64,000 bases of DNA from Vulcanimicrobiales bacterium (GTDB lineage Bacteria; Vulcanimicrobiota; Vulcanimicrobiia; Vulcanimicrobiales; Vulcanimicrobiaceae). A program made the position numbers and the translations under genes. The stretch spans positions 1 to 64,000 of the forward strand of contig JBBRLI010000006.1 in NCBI GenBank assembly GCA_038231455.1. The letters are read 5' to 3'. Within the stretch, counting starts at the first letter, position 1; every line of letters begins with the position of its first letter. Of this stretch, positions 39,401-49,168 are shown piece after piece. The notes beneath the pieces were generated by a model. It was not told the origin of the DNA and searched no databases. It saw only the letters and a list, made by a program, of their open reading frames with translations.

Positions 39401-40567
39401 GGTATCGAGAAGCGGAAATTGCTGGCGTGGGCAGACGCCCTCGTCGCAACGCCCGAGGGATTTACGCCGAACAAGAAACTCGTCTCGCAATTCGACAAGC
39501 GCAAAAAAGCGTTGCAAGCCGAAGGCGAAGTCGACTGGGGCCTAGCCGAGGGCCTGGCGTTCGCATCGCTGATCGATGAGGGGACGCCCGTGCGTCTCAC
39601 CGGTCAAGACTCCGAGCGCGGGACGTTTAGCCACCGTCACGCGGTGCTTCACGATGCCCTTACCGGCGAGAAGTACGCGCCGCTCCAGCATCTGCCCGGC
39701 GCTAAAGCGTCGTTTGAAATTCATAACAGCCCGCTCTCCGAGTACGCGTGTCTTGGCTTTGAGTACGGCTACTCGACCGGGTTGCCCGAGGCGATGGTGC
39801 TGTGGGAAGCGCAATTCGGTGACTTCAATAATGGCGCCCAGATCATCATCGATCAGTTTATCGCATCGGGTGCGGCGAAGTGGGGTCAAACCACGCGTTT
39901 GACGCTGCTCTTGCCGCACGGCTACGAGGGTGCAGGTCCCGAACATTCGAGCGCGCGTTTGGAACGCTTCCTGCAACTCTCGGCCGAAGGCAATATTCGG
40001 ATCGCGAACTGCACGACGGCGGCCCAGTATTTCCACTTGCTGCGCCAGCAGGCGCGCGCGAAGGCGGCCTATCCGCTCGTCGTGCTCACGCCCAAGAGTC
40101 TCTTGCGTAACCGCGCTGCCTACGGAAAGATCGACGATCTTGCATCCGGTTCGTTCCGGGAAACGATCGACGATGCGAAGTTCGCAAGCGATAAAGGGGC
40201 CGTCACGCGCATCTTACTTTGCAGCGGGAAAATCTATCACGATTTGATCGCATCGCCGCTCTACGCGCAAACGAAGTCGACCGCGATCGTGCGCGTTGAA
40301 TTGCTCTCGCCGCTGCCGAAGGTCGCGATCCTCGAGACCATCGCGTCCTACCCCAATGCCAAACACGTCATTTGGGTTCAGGAAGAGCCCAAGAACATGG
40401 GCGCTCGCGCGCACGTGCGCCGTCGTTTAGTCGAAGAACTCGCGCCCCAGGTTGCGGATGTCGAGTACGTCGGTCGGCCCTACCGCGCGTCTCCCTCGGA
40501 AGGCTATCCGGGCGCGCACGCCGTCGAGCAAGAGCGGATCATCCGCACGGCGCTGACCGAAAATTAG
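36494..40567 (+). CDS. sucA: Multifunctional 2-oxoglutarate dehydrogenase: lipoyl domain + PSBD + E2 acyltransferase + E1 in one chain
   Basis: LPELGESVTEG..TDKV lipoyl; ARRLA..GTGPDG PSBD; TYDHRVIQGA E2; GMAHRGRL, HGDSAF, RLTGQD, WEAQFGDF, GPEHSS E1; start GTG 36494 inferred. Confidence 0.93.
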   Translation: MLESLVKVALPELGESVTEGSIVEWRKKVGQWVAEGDTIVDVTTDKVDVEVPATVSGVITALYGGEGDTVAVGATLAEIDTSAAKPEGGPEAASSSAAAAPAATGTKAPADVVTPSSYGAAGSAATPPTMTNGNGKTGGTASAHARRLAERYHVDIASIRGTGPDGLIVREDVEHAIASGSAKPASNGASAPAINFPAPSAQATITTLKGPQAVLATYMDQSLSIPTATSFRTLSVGALEARRAELNGALKAAGKSDKISFTHLIAYALVVAANEAPAITASFRRDGATVQKIEAGVHLGIAVDMTRKDGSRSLVVPVIKGAASMDFVAFRAAYEALIVKARDGKLTADELSGATFTLTNPGGIGTIASVPRLMVGQGAIIAAGAIAYPPGFAHAPDSTLKQLGIEKVMTMTSTYDHRVIQGAQSGEFLKRVDELLAGASEFYEGVFRAYGLASPRVMATAVTTNARPTSSANAAAPAAAGTAASSQTAGATSEEMLRAIAAGMAMVSSYRRHGHLAATLDPLGKEPVGDPSLDPRNYSLTPALMSAIPASVLRVKVPGGTMADVLPALRETYSGTIAYEVEHISNTQQREWLREYIESGMHRTPLTAQRKVQVLQRLTKVETMERYFRKQFMSQKTFSIEGLDVMVPMIEEMISMLAEDGTKTAVLGMAHRGRLSTIAHVVNRPYEELLAEFEAGSMKTALSDGDESDDATGDVKYHHGADGIYATSMGTQIAVKLANNPSHLEAVDGVVEGITRSLQTDHAQNIARMDFTAAAPILIHGDSAFPGQGVVSEVLNLQALVGYATGGTIHIISNNQVGFTTDPNESRSTRYASDLAKGFDVPIVHVNADDVDACIAAVHFAIDYRRKFGRDTVIDLIGYRRFGHNEQDEPMYTQPGMYETIKAHPTVRELFAANLVAQGVLSADQVSELQDDAQARIAEAHANVKNGNIAKLIGADKVKIHIDEKPASTGIEKRKLLAWADALVATPEGFTPNKKLVSQFDKRKKALQAEGEVDWGLAEGLAFASLIDEGTPVRLTGQDSERGTFSHRHAVLHDALTGEKYAPLQHLPGAKASFEIHNSPLSEYACLGFEYGYSTGLPEAMVLWEAQFGDFNNGAQIIIDQFIASGAAKWGQTTRLTLLLPHGYEGAGPEHSSARLERFLQLSAEGNIRIANCTTAAQYFHLLRQQARAKAAYPLVVLTPKSLLRNRAAYGKIDDLASGSFRETIDDAKFASDKGAVTRILLCSGKIYHDLIASPLYAQTKSTAIVRVELLSPLPKVAILETIASYPNAKHVIWVQEEPKNMGARAHVRRRLVEELAPQVADVEYVGRPYRASPSEGYPGAHAVEQERIIRTALTEN

Positions 40568-40583
40568 CTTTTCTTTGTAAATT

Positions 40584-42980
40584 TTGCGCGTAGAGGGCGT
40601 GTCCGCCCCCGACGCGCAAACCCGAGGCGTGGGAACACGCATCCGCGAGCGCGTGGCGCTGTTGTTCGCGATTCCATTTCTGCTCTTAGCCCTTATTCTC
40701 GGCGGGGCTCTTTGGCTTGTCGTCGTCTCCGATGCAACAGCGCGTGAAGGGCAGAACGCAACGACGGTGATCACGGCTGCAGAAGCCGTGCTCGCCAACC
40801 TGCTCGATGACGAAACGGGCGCGCGCGGCTACGTCCTCACGCAAAACCCGCAGTTTCTCGGCCCGTACTCCTTGGCTCGGCGAGAACTCGATGTGCGGCT
40901 CACCGAGCTCCGGCATATGGTGGATGCGAATGAGTCGATCGGACCGGCGGTGGAGGCGATCGGCGCCTCGGCGGGCAGCGAACTCTCGATTCTCGACTAT
41001 TATGTGAAACTTCAGAGAACCGGACATCACGCGGCTGCCGTTTCAGCCGTTGCCTCGCGCGGCGGGATGCTCGAGATGGAACGCTTGCGTGTGCTCGTCA
41101 AAGCGATTGCCGATCGCGAATATGCACATCGTTTCGATGCCCGCTCGCGCCTTGCCATCGAGCAGCGGCTTGCGATCGTCGTGCTCGCCCTCGCAACGGT
41201 GCTTGGATTCGTGCTGGTACTCGTGCTCAATGGGACGGTAGCGCGACTCATCGTCGGACGCATCGAGCGCATCGCTGCCAACACCAAGCGCTTCTCGGCG
41301 GGCGAGGAGATGTCGCCGCCGCTTGCCGGAAATGACGAGATCGCGCAACTCGATGCCTCATTGCACGCAATGGCCGCGCTCCTTCGCGATCGGCAACGGG
41401 CCGTGGATGCGGCCCTCGAAGAAGCCGTTTCGGCTTCGCGTCTCAAAAGCGAATTTGTTGCAACGATGAGTCACGAGATTCGCACCCCGATGAACGGCGT
41501 GATCGGCATGACCGAACTCTTGCTCGAAACCGATCTTTCATCCGAACAGCGCGAATTCGCTATTACGGTTCGCGATTCGGGTCAAGCCCTCTTACGCGTC
41601 ATCAACGACATCCTGGACTTCTCGAAAATCGAAGCCGGCCACCTCGAGCTCGAAGAAGCGGATTTCGAGGTCATTAGTACGGTCGAATCGGTTGCCGCAC
41701 TCCTCATGCCGCAAGCGAATGCCAAGAACGTCGTCCTCACAACGCACTTCGAGGCCGCCGTGCCGCCGGTCGTCGGCGGCGATCCGGGACGTGTTCGGCA
41801 AGTCCTTCTCAATCTTGTCGGCAATGCGATTAAGTTCACCGATCGCGGGAGCGTCGTCGTCTCGGTGTCGCTTGCCGAGCAGACGATCCGTTACACGACC
41901 TTGCGATTTACGATCAAAGACAGCGGTATCGGAATCAATCGCGAAACGCGCGAACTCTTATTCGAACCATTCCGTCAAGTCGACGGTACGACGACGCGCC
42001 GTTACGGCGGGACGGGCCTCGGCCTTTCGATCTCCAAACGTTTGGTGGAATTGATGGGCGGCGAAATCGTCGTCGAGAGTTTGCCGGGAATGGGATCGAC
42101 GTTTTCGTTTGCGGTGCGCTTCCGAAGTCGCGATGCGACATCCGTGCCGCGCACCTCAGCCGACGTCCGCGGTCTGCGCGCAATCGTCATCGATGACGAT
42201 GCGGCCTCACGCGAGGTGCTCGCAAGCTACCTCAAGGCGTGGGGGCTCCGCGCCGAGTCCTTCGGCGAGCCGAGCGTGGGTCTCGAGCGCATGCGCGCGC
42301 GTGCGGCGGATGGGGAGCCGTTCGATATCGGCGTGATCGATTACGCGATGCCGGAGCTTGATGGTTTCGCACTCGCCGCGACGATCCGCGAGGATGTGAA
42401 CCTTCGGGCGATGCGGCTCATCCTTGCAACAGCGCATGACGAAGAAGGTTTGGGCTCGCGGACGCGCGCGGCCGGCTTCTCCGCCTGTCTCATTAAACCG
42501 GTCCGTCAGTCGCAGCTCTTCGATGCGATCGTGAGTGCGCGAACGCCACGCGCGCTAAGCGACGTGCCCGCGTTCCTTCCGACGATCTCCTTACATGCAA
42601 AATCGCCCGGCGCGCGTATTCTGCTCGTTGAGGACAACCTCGTCAATCAGCGTGTCGCCATGCGTCAGTTGCAGCGCTTCGGGTATTCGGCCGACATCGT
42701 CGACAATGGGCGTGCGGCCGTCGATGCACTCGTCGCACAATCGTACGATTTGATTTTGATGGATTGCCATATGCCCGAGATGGACGGCTTTGAGGCGACC
42801 GTCGCGATCCGCAAACGCGAAGTGCAATCGAAACGCCGCGTGCCGATCGTTGCGATGACGGCAAACGCGCGCCGTGAAGATCGCGACGCGTGTCTTGCGG
42901 TGGGGATGGACGACTATCTTGCCAAACCCGTTGCGCTTGCGGATCTGCAGCGGATCCTCGAAGCGTGGCTGCCGACGTAA
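40584..42980 (+). CDS. Hybrid sensor histidine kinase (CHASE3-HAMP-HisKA-HATPase-2xREC)
   Basis: [15 protein letters not shown] (CHASE3), [28 protein letters not shown], two receiver domains. Confidence 0.93.
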   Translation: MRVEGVSAPDAQTRGVGTRIRERVALLFAIPFLLLALILGGALWLVVVSDATAREGQNATTVITAAEAVLANLLDDETGARGYVLTQNPQFLGPYSLARRELDVRLTELRHMVDANESIGPAVEAIGASAGSELSILDYYVKLQRTGHHAAAVSAVASRGGMLEMERLRVLVKAIADREYAHRFDARSRLAIEQRLAIVVLALATVLGFVLVLVLNGTVARLIVGRIERIAANTKRFSAGEEMSPPLAGNDEIAQLDASLHAMAALLRDRQRAVDAALEEAVSASRLKSEFVATMSHEIRTPMNGVIGMTELLLETDLSSEQREFAITVRDSGQALLRVINDILDFSKIEAGHLELEEADFEVISTVESVAALLMPQANAKNVVLTTHFEAAVPPVVGGDPGRVRQVLLNLVGNAIKFTDRGSVVVSVSLAEQTIRYTTLRFTIKDSGIGINRETRELLFEPFRQVDGTTTRRYGGTGLGLSISKRLVELMGGEIVVESLPGMGSTFSFAVRFRSRDATSVPRTSADVRGLRAIVIDDDAASREVLASYLKAWGLRAESFGEPSVGLERMRARAADGEPFDIGVIDYAMPELDGFALAATIREDVNLRAMRLILATAHDEEGLGSRTRAAGFSACLIKPVRQSQLFDAIVSARTPRALSDVPAFLPTISLHAKSPGARILLVEDNLVNQRVAMRQLQRFGYSADIVDNGRAAVDALVAQSYDLILMDCHMPEMDGFEATVAIRKREVQSKRRVPIVAMTANARREDRDACLAVGMDDYLAKPVALADLQRILEAWLPT

Positions 42981-42983
42981 GGG

Positions 42984-43409
42984 CTAGAAACGCAGGCGTT
43001 GTTTTGCGGAGAGCTTCACGATGACCGCATGCATCTCGATAATCGTGCGCTTATCGGGGAGTTCGATCTCGCGCATCACTGCGCGACACCGTGCCAGGAC
43101 GCTCCGATAGTCGGCGTTGAGCGTCTCGTTGCCCCATGCCGGTGAGATACGGAGTGGTTCGTCGATTTCGATCGTGCAGTGTGGGTCACGCGCGAGCAGT
43201 GAGGCAAGTCGACCGCTGCGCGAGAAATTCATCACGAATGCACGGCCGTCGAAGCGATAGGATTGGGCGACCACATAGGGCCAGGTGTCGTCGTTGACGC
43301 CGATGCGGCACACGCGCTCGCGTTCGACGAAGGCGCGAACCTCGGGCCAATCGTTCCAGGCAAGGTCTTCGCGGCGCGTGTCGCTCTCAAAAAAATCAGG
43401 GACCGCCAT
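42984..43409 (-). CDS. Pyridoxamine 5'-phosphate oxidase-like FMN-binding protein
   Basis: VCRIGVND..PYVV, YRSVLAR split-barrel pattern. Confidence 0.65.
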   Translation of the reverse strand: MAVPDFFESDTRREDLAWNDWPEVRAFVERERVCRIGVNDDTWPYVVAQSYRFDGRAFVMNFSRSGRLASLLARDPHCTIEIDEPLRISPAWGNETLNADYRSVLARCRAVMREIELPDKRTIIEMHAVIVKLSAKQRLRF

Positions 43410-43418
43410 ACGTCGCCT

Positions 43419-44453
43419 TTAGGCGCTCGCTCGTGGCCTACCCGTTGATTGGCGGATGCGGAGTTCGACGGAAATCGATTCGATCAGTGGTTCTGGGGTT
43501 GCTTCGTGAAGTGCGCGAGACATCGCGCGAGCACCGAGTTCGCGCAGCGGAACGTGGACCGTCGTCAGACCTGGCGTGACGTCGCCCGCCGCCGGAATGT
43601 CGTCGAAACCGCAGAGCGACATCTGCTCGGGCACGCTGATTCCGCGTTCGCGGAGGTCGAGGAGCGCGCCGATCGCCATCTCGTCGTTGAGTGCGAGAAG
43701 TGCGGTAATTGTCGGATCGTGATCGAGCAGCGTCATCGCCGCCGCGCGTCCGGAATCGCGCGTGAAGTCACCATCGACGATGTGATCCGGTGCGAGGACG
43801 ATTCCCGCGCGTACGAATGCATCGCGCACGCCGTCGAGGCGGTCGTGGCTGGTCGTGAGAATCGGCGGGCCGCCGATCACGCCGATGTTGCGATGACCCA
43901 GATCCAGGAGATGTTGCGCGATCGCACGACCGCCGGCAACGTTATCTGGGACGATGGCATCGGCTGCTGCGTGGTGTCGGCCAATCAGCACGGCGCGTCC
44001 GCCCGAGGCGGTAAATCCCTCGAGTGCATCGAGAATCTGCTGGTTGTAATCGAAGTCGTGCAAACCGGACCCCGCCATGATCAGGGCACTCGCGCGGTGC
44101 GCTTGCATCAAGGTGACGTAGTCGATTTCGCGTGCCGGTTCGCGATGGCTATTGCACACCAGGAGCGACCGTCCCGCGGCTTCGGCCATGCTCTCGATGC
44201 CGCGCAAGACTTCGCTGAAGTACGGGCCGCCGATATCGTGGACAATGACGCCGACGATGGATGAGCGCGAGCGGGCGAGGGCCTGCGCGTTCGCGTTACG
44301 GACGTAGTGCATCGCGCGCGCGGCAACCATGACCTGCTCGCGAAGCGGCCCGCTGACCTTACGATCGCTGCCGTTGATGACGCGTGAAGCCGTCGCGAGT
44401 GATACACCCGCGAGTTTGGCCACGTCCATAAGCGTGACCGGTCCCTTATTCAT
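43419..44453 (-). CDS. LacI family transcriptional regulator
   Basis: TLMDVAKLAGVSLATASRVIN; GFDDIP; LTTVHVP. Confidence 0.95.
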   Translation of the reverse strand: MNKGPVTLMDVAKLAGVSLATASRVINGSDRKVSGPLREQVMVAARAMHYVRNANAQALARSRSSIVGVIVHDIGGPYFSEVLRGIESMAEAAGRSLLVCNSHREPAREIDYVTLMQAHRASALIMAGSGLHDFDYNQQILDALEGFTASGGRAVLIGRHHAAADAIVPDNVAGGRAIAQHLLDLGHRNIGVIGGPPILTTSHDRLDGVRDAFVRAGIVLAPDHIVDGDFTRDSGRAAAMTLLDHDPTITALLALNDEMAIGALLDLRERGISVPEQMSLCGFDDIPAAGDVTPGLTTVHVPLRELGARAMSRALHEATPEPLIESISVELRIRQSTGRPRASA

Positions 44454-44481
44454 GCGGCGTCCTTCGACGCTCGCTTGCTAC

Positions 44482-45015
44482 TTACCGCGTGATGGAGGCC
44501 ATGAATTCTGAGATTGTCCTGGTGACCTGGATTATTAACCGATTTCTCATGTTGACAAACCCGTCTTCGACCGCCCGGTCGAACATGGCGATCAAGGGCT
44601 CGTAGTACCCGTTGACGTCGAGCAAGTAGCACGGCTTGGCTTGGATCCCGAGTTGAACCCAGGTCACGGCCTCGCAAAACTCTTCGAACGTCCCAAATCC
44701 CCCCGGCAACGCGACGAAGCCGTCGGAGAGGTCGGCCATGAGGGCTTTGCGCTCGTGCATGGACTCCACGACATGCAACTGCGTAAGCCCCGCATGCGCG
44801 ACTTCACGCTCGGCGAGCGTCCGCGGGATCACCCCGATGACCGTACCACCGGCGGCTAAGACCGCATCGGCAACCGCGCCCATCAAACCGACATGGCCCC
44901 CGCCGTAGACGAGTTCGATCTTCGCAGCGGCGAGCGCCGTACCGAGTTCGATCGCGGCGGCGCGGTAGACCGGATTCGTGCCGGCGCTCGAACCGCAAAA
45001 AACGCACCAGCGCAT
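44482..45015 (-). CDS. LOG family nucleotide phosphoribohydrolase
   Basis: CVFCGSS, VYGGG..GLMG, MHERK, PGGFGTFEE. Confidence 0.92.
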   Translation of the reverse strand: MRWCVFCGSSAGTNPVYRAAAIELGTALAAAKIELVYGGGHVGLMGAVADAVLAAGGTVIGVIPRTLAEREVAHAGLTQLHVVESMHERKALMADLSDGFVALPGGFGTFEEFCEAVTWVQLGIQAKPCYLLDVNGYYEPLIAMFDRAVEDGFVNMRNRLIIQVTRTISEFMASITR

Positions 45016-45306
45016 CTAGTCTCCGATCGGTTCGCAAAGCACGACGACGCGGTTTGTCGCAAGCGTGCGAATACCATTGATACCGAGTTCTTTGAAATGC
45101 GGTTCTTCATAGTGCGCGTCGAGCGCCGCTCGATCGCGCCACTGCTCGTACAAGAAAAACGTCGACGGTTCGGTCGTGCTTCGATGCACGACATACATGA
45201 GGCAACCCGCTTCTTTGCGCGAAGCGGCGCCGAGCTTGCGAAAGAGTTCGATCGCGGCGTCGCTGTGCATCTCCGGAATCGTGTAGGTGACGGCGTTGAC
45301 GAGCAC
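45016..45306 (-). CDS. Antibiotic biosynthesis monooxygenase (ABM) family protein
   Basis: SRKEAGCLMY, FFLYEQW, HYEEPHF. Confidence 0.88.
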   Translation of the reverse strand: MLVNAVTYTIPEMHSDAAIELFRKLGAASRKEAGCLMYVVHRSTTEPSTFFLYEQWRDRAALDAHYEEPHFKELGINGIRTLATNRVVVLCEPIGD

Positions 45307-45319
45307 GGAGGTCTCCCGT

Positions 45320-45349
45320 AAAAAAGCGAGGCGCTTGCGCGCCTCGCTT
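45320..45349 (-). terminator. Intrinsic terminator downstream of kamA
   Basis: Minus strand aagcgaggcgc-gcaa-gcgcctcgctt followed by T-run. Confidence 0.8.
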
Positions 45350-45380
45350 GCCTACCCAGCCCAAGTAGGGAAACCCTGCG

Positions 45381-46742
45381 CTAAACGAGCGCTTCGATGT
45401 TTCCGCCCGCGCGTGCGAGGGCGTCGGCGATCATGGCTTCTTGGATCTGCGGCGACTGCCAGCGCGCTTGCGCTGCAAGCGAGAGCGTGTCGATCGGATC
45501 GAAGTAGAGAAAATACTTCCCGGGCTTGACGCTCGGCGCGGTATACACCGCGATCCCGTTTTCGCGATCGTAATAGTCGAAGCTGTGCACGTCGCGTTTG
45601 CCGCCGCCGCCGGGCGCATCGCAGATGAACGTGGGCGTGTTGAAACCGGCGGTCGATCCGCGCACGAATTTCTCGATGTCGACCGACGTCTGGATCGAGG
45701 TGCGCAGCTCCTCAACGCCCTTAACGAGGTCGTGCATGTAGACGTAATACGGATGCACGTTGATGTAACTCAATCGTTTGACGAGCTGCTGCATCACGTA
45801 TTTATCGTCGTTGACGCCGCGGATGAGCACGCTCTGATTGCGCACGTACACGCCGCGCTCGAAGAGCACGCGCATCGCCCGCTCGGTGATCCAGCTGATT
45901 TCATTTGGCGAGTTGAAGTGCGTATGCAGCACGACTTCTTTGCCGAGCGCGCGACCCTGATCGACGATCGAAACGAGCGCGTCCGTCCACGCCGTATCGG
46001 TGAGAATTTTCATCGGCATCACGGCCGGCCCTTTGGTCGCAAAACGCATGCGCCGCACGTGCGGGATTGCAAGCAAGGCTTCGCCGATCATCTTGAGCGA
46101 CTTCGGGGCGAGCTGATACGTATCGCCGCCCGAGATCACGATGTCTTCGAGTTCCGGCCGGGAGGCGATGTAGTCGAAGGCGTCTTGCCAATCTTTGGGC
46201 GTCTTCGCCAGCGGCACTTTGTCGACGGTATCGGTATCGGCGCCGATTGCATACGAACGCGTGCAAAAGCGGCAGTAGACCGGGCACACGTTGAGCGGCA
46301 AGAAGAGCGCTTTGTCGACATACCGGTGGACGAGGCCCGGCACCGGGGAGTCGTCTTGTTCGTGCAGCGAGTCGAGGGCCAGACGCGGGTGATCGGTCAG
46401 CAGCATCGATGCGACCGGAATGAACTGCGTGCGGATCGGATCGGTGTACGGATGCGCCCAATCGATGGAGGCGATCAGATACGGCGAGACGCGTACGGCC
46501 ATCGGCGCGCGATGAAAGCCTTCGCGCACGTCGTCGAAAAATTCCGGCGCGACGAGATCTTTGATCGTATCGAGCAACTCGTCCGTCGTCTTGACCGAAT
46601 TTTGACCCTGCCAGATGTGGCTTAGGAACGTTGCCTCATCGATCTGCGCGTACTTGGGGATCGTGCGCCAGAACTCACCTTGGCGCAGATTCCGATGATC
46701 GAGGGTGGCCGGATCGATAGGCGGTTTGACGACGTGGTTCAC
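45381..46742 (-). CDS. kamA: Lysine 2,3-aminomutase (KamA family radical SAM)
   Basis: GLVHRY, CPVYCRFCTR (CxxxCxxC), ISGGD, NQSVLIRGVND, DAPGGGGK; adjacent to kdd. Confidence 0.88.
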   Translation of the reverse strand: MNHVVKPPIDPATLDHRNLRQGEFWRTIPKYAQIDEATFLSHIWQGQNSVKTTDELLDTIKDLVAPEFFDDVREGFHRAPMAVRVSPYLIASIDWAHPYTDPIRTQFIPVASMLLTDHPRLALDSLHEQDDSPVPGLVHRYVDKALFLPLNVCPVYCRFCTRSYAIGADTDTVDKVPLAKTPKDWQDAFDYIASRPELEDIVISGGDTYQLAPKSLKMIGEALLAIPHVRRMRFATKGPAVMPMKILTDTAWTDALVSIVDQGRALGKEVVLHTHFNSPNEISWITERAMRVLFERGVYVRNQSVLIRGVNDDKYVMQQLVKRLSYINVHPYYVYMHDLVKGVEELRTSIQTSVDIEKFVRGSTAGFNTPTFICDAPGGGGKRDVHSFDYYDRENGIAVYTAPSVKPGKYFLYFDPIDTLSLAAQARWQSPQIQEAMIADALARAGGNIEALV

Positions 46743-47815
46743 AAGCGAGCTCCATACCGTGTCGAGAAATAGGCCAGGATAGCGGGGTGGTCGCGCAGCG
46801 TCTGGAGGGCGACTGCGGCGTGATTTTTGGCGTAGCCGTTGCCGACGATCATGGTCACGTCTTTTCCAACACCTTCGGCACCCAGTGCGGCTGCGGTGAA
46901 CGACGTGCTCATCGAAAAGAAATAGACTGTGCCTTCATCTTTGGCACACAGGATCGACGTGAGTTCGGTCCCGGCAACGTTGACGCAGTTGACGACGAGG
47001 TCGGCGAGTTCGGGCAGTACGTTTGGTATGACGTCGAGCATCGCGATTGCATCGCGCGCGTCAAGCTCGACCAGCTCGTCGACGTAGCCGCCCGCGAGAA
47101 GCAGCTGCGCGGACTCCGTCGCGCGGCTCGGAACGATGCCGACTACCCGACCATCGAAGCCAACGCGATCGCGCGCTTGGACGCAGGAAAGCAAGCCGCT
47201 TTTTCCATCCGCACCGATGACGACAACGGTTTGGCCGGGTTTTGCGAGGCGACGCACTTGCGCCGGCGCGCCCGCTACATCGAGTGTGGCAAGCGCAACG
47301 TCGGTTGGAATATCGTTTGGTAACTTTGCGTAGAGGCCGGTTGCAAAAAGAATCGCATAACCGCGAATCCACACGCGACCCGTGGCGGTATCGACGCCGA
47401 GCACTTCGTCGATATGCAGCGGCGTAAGCGTGAGCGAGACGAGCGATGCAATGCGGTCGCCGATCGCGATGCCGCTCCCGGGAAAATCTGCGCCGAGTGC
47501 GGCGATGCGTCCGACGAACATTCCGCCACTGCCGGTGACGGGGTTGTGCTGTTTGCCGCGCGCGCGCACGTTCGCCGCAATGTGCTCGCCGATTGCCGCG
47601 CCGTCGCCGCTACACGCTTCGCTGATCTGTCGGAACGACGCGCTATCGATGTTGAGCGCTTCGACTTCACACAGCATCTCGTTTGCGTGCGGCAGGGGTG
47701 TATTGTCCAGCCGCCAAGCGACTTGCGGCAACGCGCCGCGCGGTTCGAGAACGCGGTGCGACCCGAGGCGACAAATGCGCTCCGGCACGAACGGAAGCGT
47801 TGCCTCGTCGATCAT
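46739..47815 (-). CDS. kdd: L-erythro-3,5-diaminohexanoate dehydrogenase
   Basis: GSHRVLEP.GALPQ.AWRLDN, LNIDSASF, NPVTGSGGM, DVAGAPAQ, FSMSTSFTAAALGAEGVGKDV. Confidence 0.88.
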   Translation of the reverse strand: MIDEATLPFVPERICRLGSHRVLEPRGALPQVAWRLDNTPLPHANEMLCEVEALNIDSASFRQISEACSGDGAAIGEHIAANVRARGKQHNPVTGSGGMFVGRIAALGADFPGSGIAIGDRIASLVSLTLTPLHIDEVLGVDTATGRVWIRGYAILFATGLYAKLPNDIPTDVALATLDVAGAPAQVRRLAKPGQTVVVIGADGKSGLLSCVQARDRVGFDGRVVGIVPSRATESAQLLLAGGYVDELVELDARDAIAMLDVIPNVLPELADLVVNCVNVAGTELTSILCAKDEGTVYFFSMSTSFTAAALGAEGVGKDVTMIVGNGYAKNHAAVALQTLRDHPAILAYFSTRYGARL

Positions 47816-48285
47816 ACAATGTTCGCAACGGCGATGCCGCCGCGCTCGAACGGAGTGGAGAGAACGATCGTCGTTTTCGTGCGCGCCATGCCCGGGATAC
47901 GTTTCAGGCGCGAAAGCAAATCGTCGAGATGGTCGGTCGAGCGCGTGATGACCTTGAGGACGAATGACTCGTCACCGGCGACACTGTGCACCTCGACCAC
48001 TTCGGGGAGCGAGGCCACCGCCGTCGTGAAATCCTCGTAGCTCGTTTCGGGTCCGGTGAAGGCGCTCACGAACGCCGTCAACTCGTACCCCAGACGGCGG
48101 TTGTCGAGTTGTGCTGCGTAGCCCCGGAGGTAGCCCCGGCCCTCCATACGCTTCACGCGTTCGTGAACGGCGGGGGCTTTGAGCCCGACGAGCGTCCCGA
48201 GTTCCGCGAACGTCGAACGAGCGTTCTTCTGCAAGGCTTCAAGCAGTTGCAAGTCGAGACGGTCGAGCTCCGGATTCGCAATCAT
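47812..48285 (-). CDS. Lrp/AsnC family transcriptional regulator
   Basis: LDRLDLQLLEALQKNAR HTH; HSVAGD RAM domain; coupled to kdd. Confidence 0.93.
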   Translation of the reverse strand: MIANPELDRLDLQLLEALQKNARSTFAELGTLVGLKAPAVHERVKRMEGRGYLRGYAAQLDNRRLGYELTAFVSAFTGPETSYEDFTTAVASLPEVVEVHSVAGDESFVLKVITRSTDHLDDLLSRLKRIPGMARTKTTIVLSTPFERGGIAVANIV

Positions 48286-48429
48286 CGTCGGTGTGACCGC
48301 CTATTGAACGGCAATTCGTTCGGCAAAGTAGGAGAGATGGGGCGTATCTGTTCGGCGCTGCTCCCCGAGGAACCTTGCCCCGGCAGGCTTTGGAGAACGC
48401 TGGAAAAAGTGCCGGAAATGCCTTTGAAG

Positions 48430-49155
48430 ATGCGCCTCTCACCGTTGATCTCGGTCCTCTCGCTTGCCGTCTCGATCATCCCGCCCTCGCTCCCGGCGCC
48501 GAGCCCGGACGAGACGCCGGCGCCGGCGCCCGCGCACTTTACGGTCGACGGTTCTTTTATCGCGGGCAGCTCGTCGACGATTTACGGAACCGGTCTCCAG
48601 TCAGCGGGGGCGACGTATCGTCTCTCGGCGACCGGCCGCTTCCCCAAACGAGACCGCAGCGATGGGCTCTATCTCAGTGGCGAGTACGACAATCAAAAAT
48701 TCTTGAACCAGCAAACGGGCGCGACGAGTTCGGATGCGTTCACCGAAGTCCGGGGCGGCGTTGCGATCCCAAGTGTCGGCGTGTACGTCGGTGCGGGCTA
48801 CCTCAACGAAAATCTCGGCGGCGGCTTCCCGCTCTCGGCGAACGGGGTGGGTCTTGGCTTTGAGAAATTGACCGAGATTCGGGCGCCGTTCACGTATTAT
48901 TTCAGCGCCTTCTATTATCCCAATCTCGCGGCGACGTCGGGTGCGCAAACGATCGGGGCAACCACATTTCCGGCGTCGAGCGTGAGCTTCAAACTGCTGC
49001 GCTACGGCATCGGCACGGTACTGAATTTCGGCCGCAGTCCGCTCTATTTCAATCTCGGCACGACGTACAATCAGGAGACGGTGAAAGGCTTCCCCAACGG
49101 CCGCGGTGACAACACGCGCTCGATCCAGTACGCGGGGCTGGGCCTCCGCTTCTGA
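48430..49155 (+). CDS. Putative outer-membrane beta-barrel protein
   Basis: Signal peptide, alternating aromatic/Gly strands, C-terminal YAGLGLRF beta-signal; start 48418 or 48430. Confidence 0.65.
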   Translation: MRLSPLISVLSLAVSIIPPSLPAPSPDETPAPAPAHFTVDGSFIAGSSSTIYGTGLQSAGATYRLSATGRFPKRDRSDGLYLSGEYDNQKFLNQQTGATSSDAFTEVRGGVAIPSVGVYVGAGYLNENLGGGFPLSANGVGLGFEKLTEIRAPFTYYFSAFYYPNLAATSGAQTIGATTFPASSVSFKLLRYGIGTVLNFGRSPLYFNLGTTYNQETVKGFPNGRGDNTRSIQYAGLGLRF

Positions 49156-49168
49156 TCGACACGTCGCA

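Noticed and set aside
44482-45015. LOG gene as a lysine decarboxylase linked to kamA
   Set aside because: The PGGxGTxxE family is known to be a nucleotide phosphoribohydrolase (lysine decarboxylase is a legacy misannotation), and a terminator separates it from kamA.
45381-46742. EpmB (EF-P beta-lysylation) assignment
   Set aside because: No efp or epmA nearby; coupling to kdd favours a catabolic KamA.
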